Origin: Ginkgo biloba
Lineage: Eukaryota > Plantae > Ginkgophyta
NCBI GenBank assembly: GCA_024626585.2
Contig: JANKJI020000004.1
Location: 143,639,803-143,665,008, forward strand
Length of the DNA stretch: 25,206 nucleotides
Direction of reading: 5' to 3'
The notes under the pieces: model-generated
What the model saw: the letters and a program-made list of their open reading frames with translations, nothing else
Database searches by the model: none
What the model was told of the DNA's origin: nothing
Position numbers and translations under genes: made by a program
Shown here: positions 20,336-25,206 of the stretch, in pieces
Layout of the letters: every line of letters starts with the position of its first letter
Position numbering within the stretch: the stretch's first letter is position 1

Positions 20336-23329
20336 TCACTAGGGTCGATGTTGGAACCTGGTGCCCCGGTTTGAGTTGCACGATTTGTTTATGGCGCTGC
20401 TGACATTTGGGCCGCTTCCTTCCTCTTACTCTTACACTAATTGCTTTTCTTTCCCAACATCATCTGTTATGGCGTAACAGATGTTAATATCAGTTACGCT
20501 ACATTACAAAGCATCATGTTAACGTCGTTTACACTACATTATGCTAGATGTTAATAGATCCAGTGATTTATATTGATAAACCTGTCAGGTGATAGATCGG
20601 ATGATTGATGTTACACTACAATCGACTATTCACTGTCGGCAAGATTCTTCATACAACAATTTGTCGATAGTGATTTATATTGATAAACTTGACTTCATTC
20701 AATTGCAGTTCAATTGTTTCATTTGCTATGATCATCCCATTCTATTTGTTGGTCAAACGATAAATTCATTATTCAAATGACAAACATAACATTATTTATT
20801 CAACTATCTTCATTGAACTATAAATAACATCCTTTGCTATGCACCACATCTGTTTCTCTATTCCATATGGCAGGGTCTTATCTATTTCATAGACCTCCCA
20901 TAAATCTTGTGAATGATCCTCCTTAATCGTACATCTTGCGTCTCTTATTTTGCCTTTGAATAACTACTAAAAAAGGTGACTTCATCAACAGGTTTGTTAC
21001 GCATCATTGTTCATATCTGTGTTCACCATCAACATAGATATTAGATCTACGATGCCATAGGCAAGCCCTCCTCCTTAACCTTCTACTGTAATGAGCCCAC
21101 CATCTACAACTATTCTACCTAATGCCCTTTATTGGTCGATGCATCTCCCTCTCCACTAATTGGGAGTTAAACTGTGGCCGTCTACCTATATGATCACCAT
21201 TTCACATTATGCTTGAATTCGTAGAAAGTGGTCTCACGAAAAAAAATTTGGGTGTGTATATATACACACTGGGACATTATTAATCCAATTGAAATACGCT
21301 TGACATTAGCCGACGCTTTCTTATAATTTTAAATTAATTAATTATACATTTAGATTTTTGGATATAGAACCCATAAACATGGATGGATGTTAGATGGATG
21401 TATATTTCAATTTTTTTAGATATATATTTCATATATATAACTTGATGTTTATTTAATTTAAAATATATTAAATAATATTCCATGGATACTATTAATTATT
21501 AGTATAATTATTACAATGAAGTCATGGTCAAATGTTTATAAAATCAACGAAATTCAAATTTTTATTAAATAGAGTTTGTGGATGGATGTACATTCCAATT
21601 TTTNNNNNNNNNNNNNNNNNNNNNNNNNNNNNNNNNNNNNNNNNNNNNNNNNNNNNNNNNNNNNNNNNNNNNNNNNNNNNNNNNNNNNNNNNNNNNNNNN
21701 NNNTATTTTGAGGAATTTGATGTACATCTCATTATCCTTTTCTACCCTTTAAAATGCTTAGTTTTCTACAAAAATAACCCCACCATATTTAATATTGTTA
21801 TTAAAAATCTTAGACATTTAATAACATATTAGTAGATGAAATACCTATGCATATGTATGCTAATAAGTGATCGAATTTATTTTTAACAAAAACTAAAAAT
21901 AAATTAAAATATGGGAATTTAGTCCCATATCCAAAAAAATGAGGATTGTTCTTGACCAACCAAACCAACTCAATTCAATTGGATCTTACCATATGGTGTT
22001 AAAATTCCTATTGGTGGAGATCGAATGTTAAATAACTCTTTGGACTATAAATAGAGCCAAATTTTAATTTCTAGGGGAGAAAAAATTCACTATCATAATG
22101 TTAAAAGCATAAGTGAATTTATTGTCATACATTCCTTCCATTATACTTGGATAAACCTTCTCACATTATGACTCACTCATTATTTTAATCAAGAGGATTT
22201 CCCTCAACACCCACCAATTCATTAATTGAGGATCCTACTTAAATATACTTATAAAAATCTAATTCATAACTTGAGGAGCGTGCTTCCTTTTCTATAATAG
22301 TTCATGTAGTAGATGAGTATATCAATCCTTTTACCATTTAGAATCTAGTACATAGATCACTTCACACCATGCCATACTGGATCCTTTTCTAATACAATGC
22401 TTATGTTTGGAGGTATATGATCATCCTTATAGCATAGAGTTACCTTATAGATGATATAAATAAATTAAGGTATATTCTATATATCCCTTTCTTAATTATT
22501 CCACCCCTTTATCATTCAACATAGGAGATACATTGGAGGATATGTATTGGAAGAGATTCCCTCCCTAATCCCACTACATTATCTTGGGATTAAAAGGCTA
22601 CATCTTCCATCACATGATTATTTTATCACTTCTTCTTTCCCATTATTTCTTTTTATTAGTGTGCAAGTGAAGGATACTTCACTCAAAGAAGAGAGGAATT
22701 GATATTTTGTGTATCAATATTTTCTCATATTTTAACACTTCACATCAATAATTTTAATAGTTTTTCCTTGATTTTATAAAATAATTATATAATTAAGGCC
22801 ATAGATGCANNNNNNNNNNNNNNNNNNNNNNNNNNNNCATTGAGTGATTTTTTTATTTATTTTATTATATAATTATTTAATTATCTATTTTTTTATTAGA
22901 TCAAGGGTGCACACTCTTTCTCCACCATTCATCTACTTAGGGTTTTCTTAATTAGTTATTTTCTATTATTATAGTAGTATCTCATATAAACCATGTATTA
23001 GGTTTTATATTTAATAAATTCATAGTTAAAAATTAATAATTTATTGCTCCATTATTTTAATTAAGTTATTAGAGTTCTCATGCTTTTCTAAAAGATTGAG
23101 TGAGGAAACCATTCAGAGCATTATACATCCTTTGAGTAGTTGTATCATATTTTTTTAATACTAATTAATACCTTAAGAGTAATATGCATCCTTATTGTAT
23201 TCTTAGATTCCTCTCTTACTACATATAAAATCATGCCATGGATTATTTGCATGAGAAACCGTAGATTCAATTCAATGGGATTTCAACTTTATTAGAGTGA
23301 ACATAGTCATGTTGTTTAATAGATAAGTA

Positions 23330-24900
23330 ATACATAGTGAAATTTTCTAATAACACACTCTTACATGATAGTGTCATCTAGCATCATGCCTTAAACAATG
23401 TAGTTTGTACATTTATCCAAGGTTTAATTTTGTATCCCTAAATAAATTTTCTCAGACATAGATAACTCTTAAACATTTTAGAAGATCATACTAATATATA
23501 ACAACTATGGGATTAATACATTAAATAGAAAAGTATTTTCTTAGTTGAACCTTGAAATAGTTTTACACTTTTGATAAACTCTTGTTTGATTATTATTTAA
23601 TGATTGACCATATAGAATCACACCATGATATCTATTGTGATTTGATACATTATTATTTATCCTATTTTGATTTTTCCTTTAAGGGTTAATAGGGTTAGTA
23701 GTAAAGGAGTTATTTTGGATGGATACCAAATTGACTTATGAGTCTTATTGTGGAGTATTAGGATTATAAATTATGATGTAACCTAATGAATCTTATTTAG
23801 ATGTTTTGTAATATATTTATGGTTGGATAGTAATACCATTCATACAATCACTATCCAACTCATTGGATTGACATATTGGGGGGGTTATGTAGAGGAGGAT
23901 TTCATGAGTCAACAATAATGTAGCCAAGAATGGTCTTATAACTAGATTGTTGGAGATAAATATCTAGAAGCAACACTTAAAGTATAGAACATTCCTCAAT
24001 CCTAGGTATTTCACTCATGATATTGAAATTTAGGTTAAGTGAGAAGGATTTTGATGAAACAATGCCCATATTATCTAAAGTATGCATGTGGAAATTTGGC
24101 CCTATCTACCCTCTAATTTTTAGTATATTATGATATTGAAATTTTAGGGTCCCATTTCATTATAGTAAGAAGCTTATTAGAATCTATAAAATGGACATAA
24201 GATTCAAATCTCTTAAGAATTTATCTCTTAATTGGTATAACTAAGATATTGATTGATGTTATAGTGATGTAAACCACATTAAATCTGCTTTGATAAGTGA
24301 GCATTTAAATAATATCAACCTAGTATTCTCATGATATGAATGAGCACTACACCATATCCTAAATTCAATTAGATGATAATAAGGGTTCTTATCATCCCTT
24401 CCTAAAAACTTAAGCATGGAGAAAGGTATTTTGAGCCAACGCCCGAAAGGGTAGGGTCGCCCTTTCATCAAGGCATGCAGTGGTCAAGGTAATGGGCGTT
24501 TACCATGGTGACGGTAACACGTAGCCTATTCGCTAACAAATAGGGTACAACGTTAGACGAGGTACACTAGTTGTGTTAGCTATCAGCCTGGGTGGGTATA
24601 CTTGATCCTTTGGAGAATTCCCCGAGTCATCGGGACTGAGAGCGAAAGTTCTTGGCCAGTGCGTATCCTCCAAGCCATGCGAGAACATGGGAGCCCTAAT
24701 AAGCTCTGGGCGTGCGTTTGAGCCTTGAGTTTGACCAACTCAAAATCAAATCAAATTAGTTAGTAAAACGGCTATAGATGAGTTAAATCCCTCAAGATAA
24801 GGTAAACATGATTTAGGTTGAACTTTTATTAAAGTAAGACGATGTATGGGTTCATCAATCAAAGATACTTTGGATGTTTGCAAAGGTACTTGATGGGATT
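23330..24900 (-). pseudogene. Tat/Ogre-like gag remnant on the minus strand, interrupted at 24436-24796
   Basis: ORF 24259-24471 gives LKIPFSMLKFLGRDDKNPYYHLIEF..WCSAHSYHENTRLILFKCSL..ADLMWFTSL and continues *HQSIS*LYQLRDKFL/KRFES. A possible decayed C.YH knuckle lies near 23370. The outer limits are approximate. Confidence 0.75.
24436..24796 (+). other. Group II intron 5' fragment (domain I and II-like), probably organelle-derived (NUMT-like) insertion
   Basis: There is an abrupt GC/CpG rise. CGCCCGAAAGGGT at 24440 resembles the IIA start GTGCGCCC...GGGT. TAGGGTCGCCC (24452-24462) pairs with GGGAGCCCTA (24689-24698). A GAACATGGGAGCCC end-of-domain-I motif, GAAA-capped hairpins and GGTAACACGTAGCC are present. 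No domain V or VI is visible. Confidence 0.65.
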
Positions 24901-25206
24901 ATTGACTNNNNNNNNNNNNNNTTGAGATTATTAATTTTATACCCATTGTTAGAAAGGAGTTTGCATAAACACTGGCATTGGTTATTGCACAAATGGTTGT
25001 CCATATTGATCATTGAAGACATTACCATAATTAAAGGTTTGAAACCCTAGTTAAGTAGCATAATATAGATCCTAACCAACATATTGAGGATCAGTTTGTT
25101 ATTAAGCATAACCATACGTCATGGATGACCAGTTTGTGACACATTGCTATAGGAAGGTAAAGATGTTTGTTGCAAGGGTACATTTCCACCTTATAAAACT
25201 TATTGT

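Noticed and set aside
20562-20688. CRISPR-like repeat pair
   Set aside because: Only two copies, the interval is too long, there are no cas genes and the context is eukaryotic.
21900-22800. Possible further retroelement coding remnant
   Set aside because: I could not recover convincing gag/pol motifs by eye, so it is left unannotated.
24436-24796. Active self-splicing nuclear group II intron or rRNA fragment
   Set aside because: No domain V/VI or maturase is present, it is antisense to the host gag, and I recognised no rRNA signature.

Overview
AT-rich, gap-riddled eukaryotic draft sequence that reads as plant intergenic heterochromatin. The retroelement types and heavy C-to-T decay suggest a large gymnosperm-like genome (inference). 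I found no intact protein-coding gene, RNA gene or CRISPR array. The window is a nest of decayed retroelements. (A) A Ty3/gypsy protease-RT remnant (about 400-2139) is cut by a solo LTR (2140-2987). (B) A nearly full-length, pseudogenised Ty3/gypsy element (about 3089-10049+) has gag, RT, RNase H, integrase, PPT and two diverged LTR-region copies, plus a roughly 1-kb insert in its integrase. (C) There is an L1-type LINE ORF1 remnant (DUF4283 plus zinc knuckle). (D) There are two Tat/Ogre-like gag fragments, an LTR-like tract and a possible accessory ORF. (E) There is a chromovirus integrase/chromodomain 3' end, plus microsatellites. The most unusual items are a roughly 360-bp CpG-rich group II intron 5' fragment (domains I-II, probably an organellar insertion) splitting a retrotransposon gag at 24436-24796, a CpG-retaining hairpin-rich tract at about 20240-21320, and a PBS-like motif downstream of the 3' LTR of element B. 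All translations and alignments were done by eye; most ORFs in the supplied track are N-gap or microsatellite artefacts. I see no firm evidence for a new functional system.
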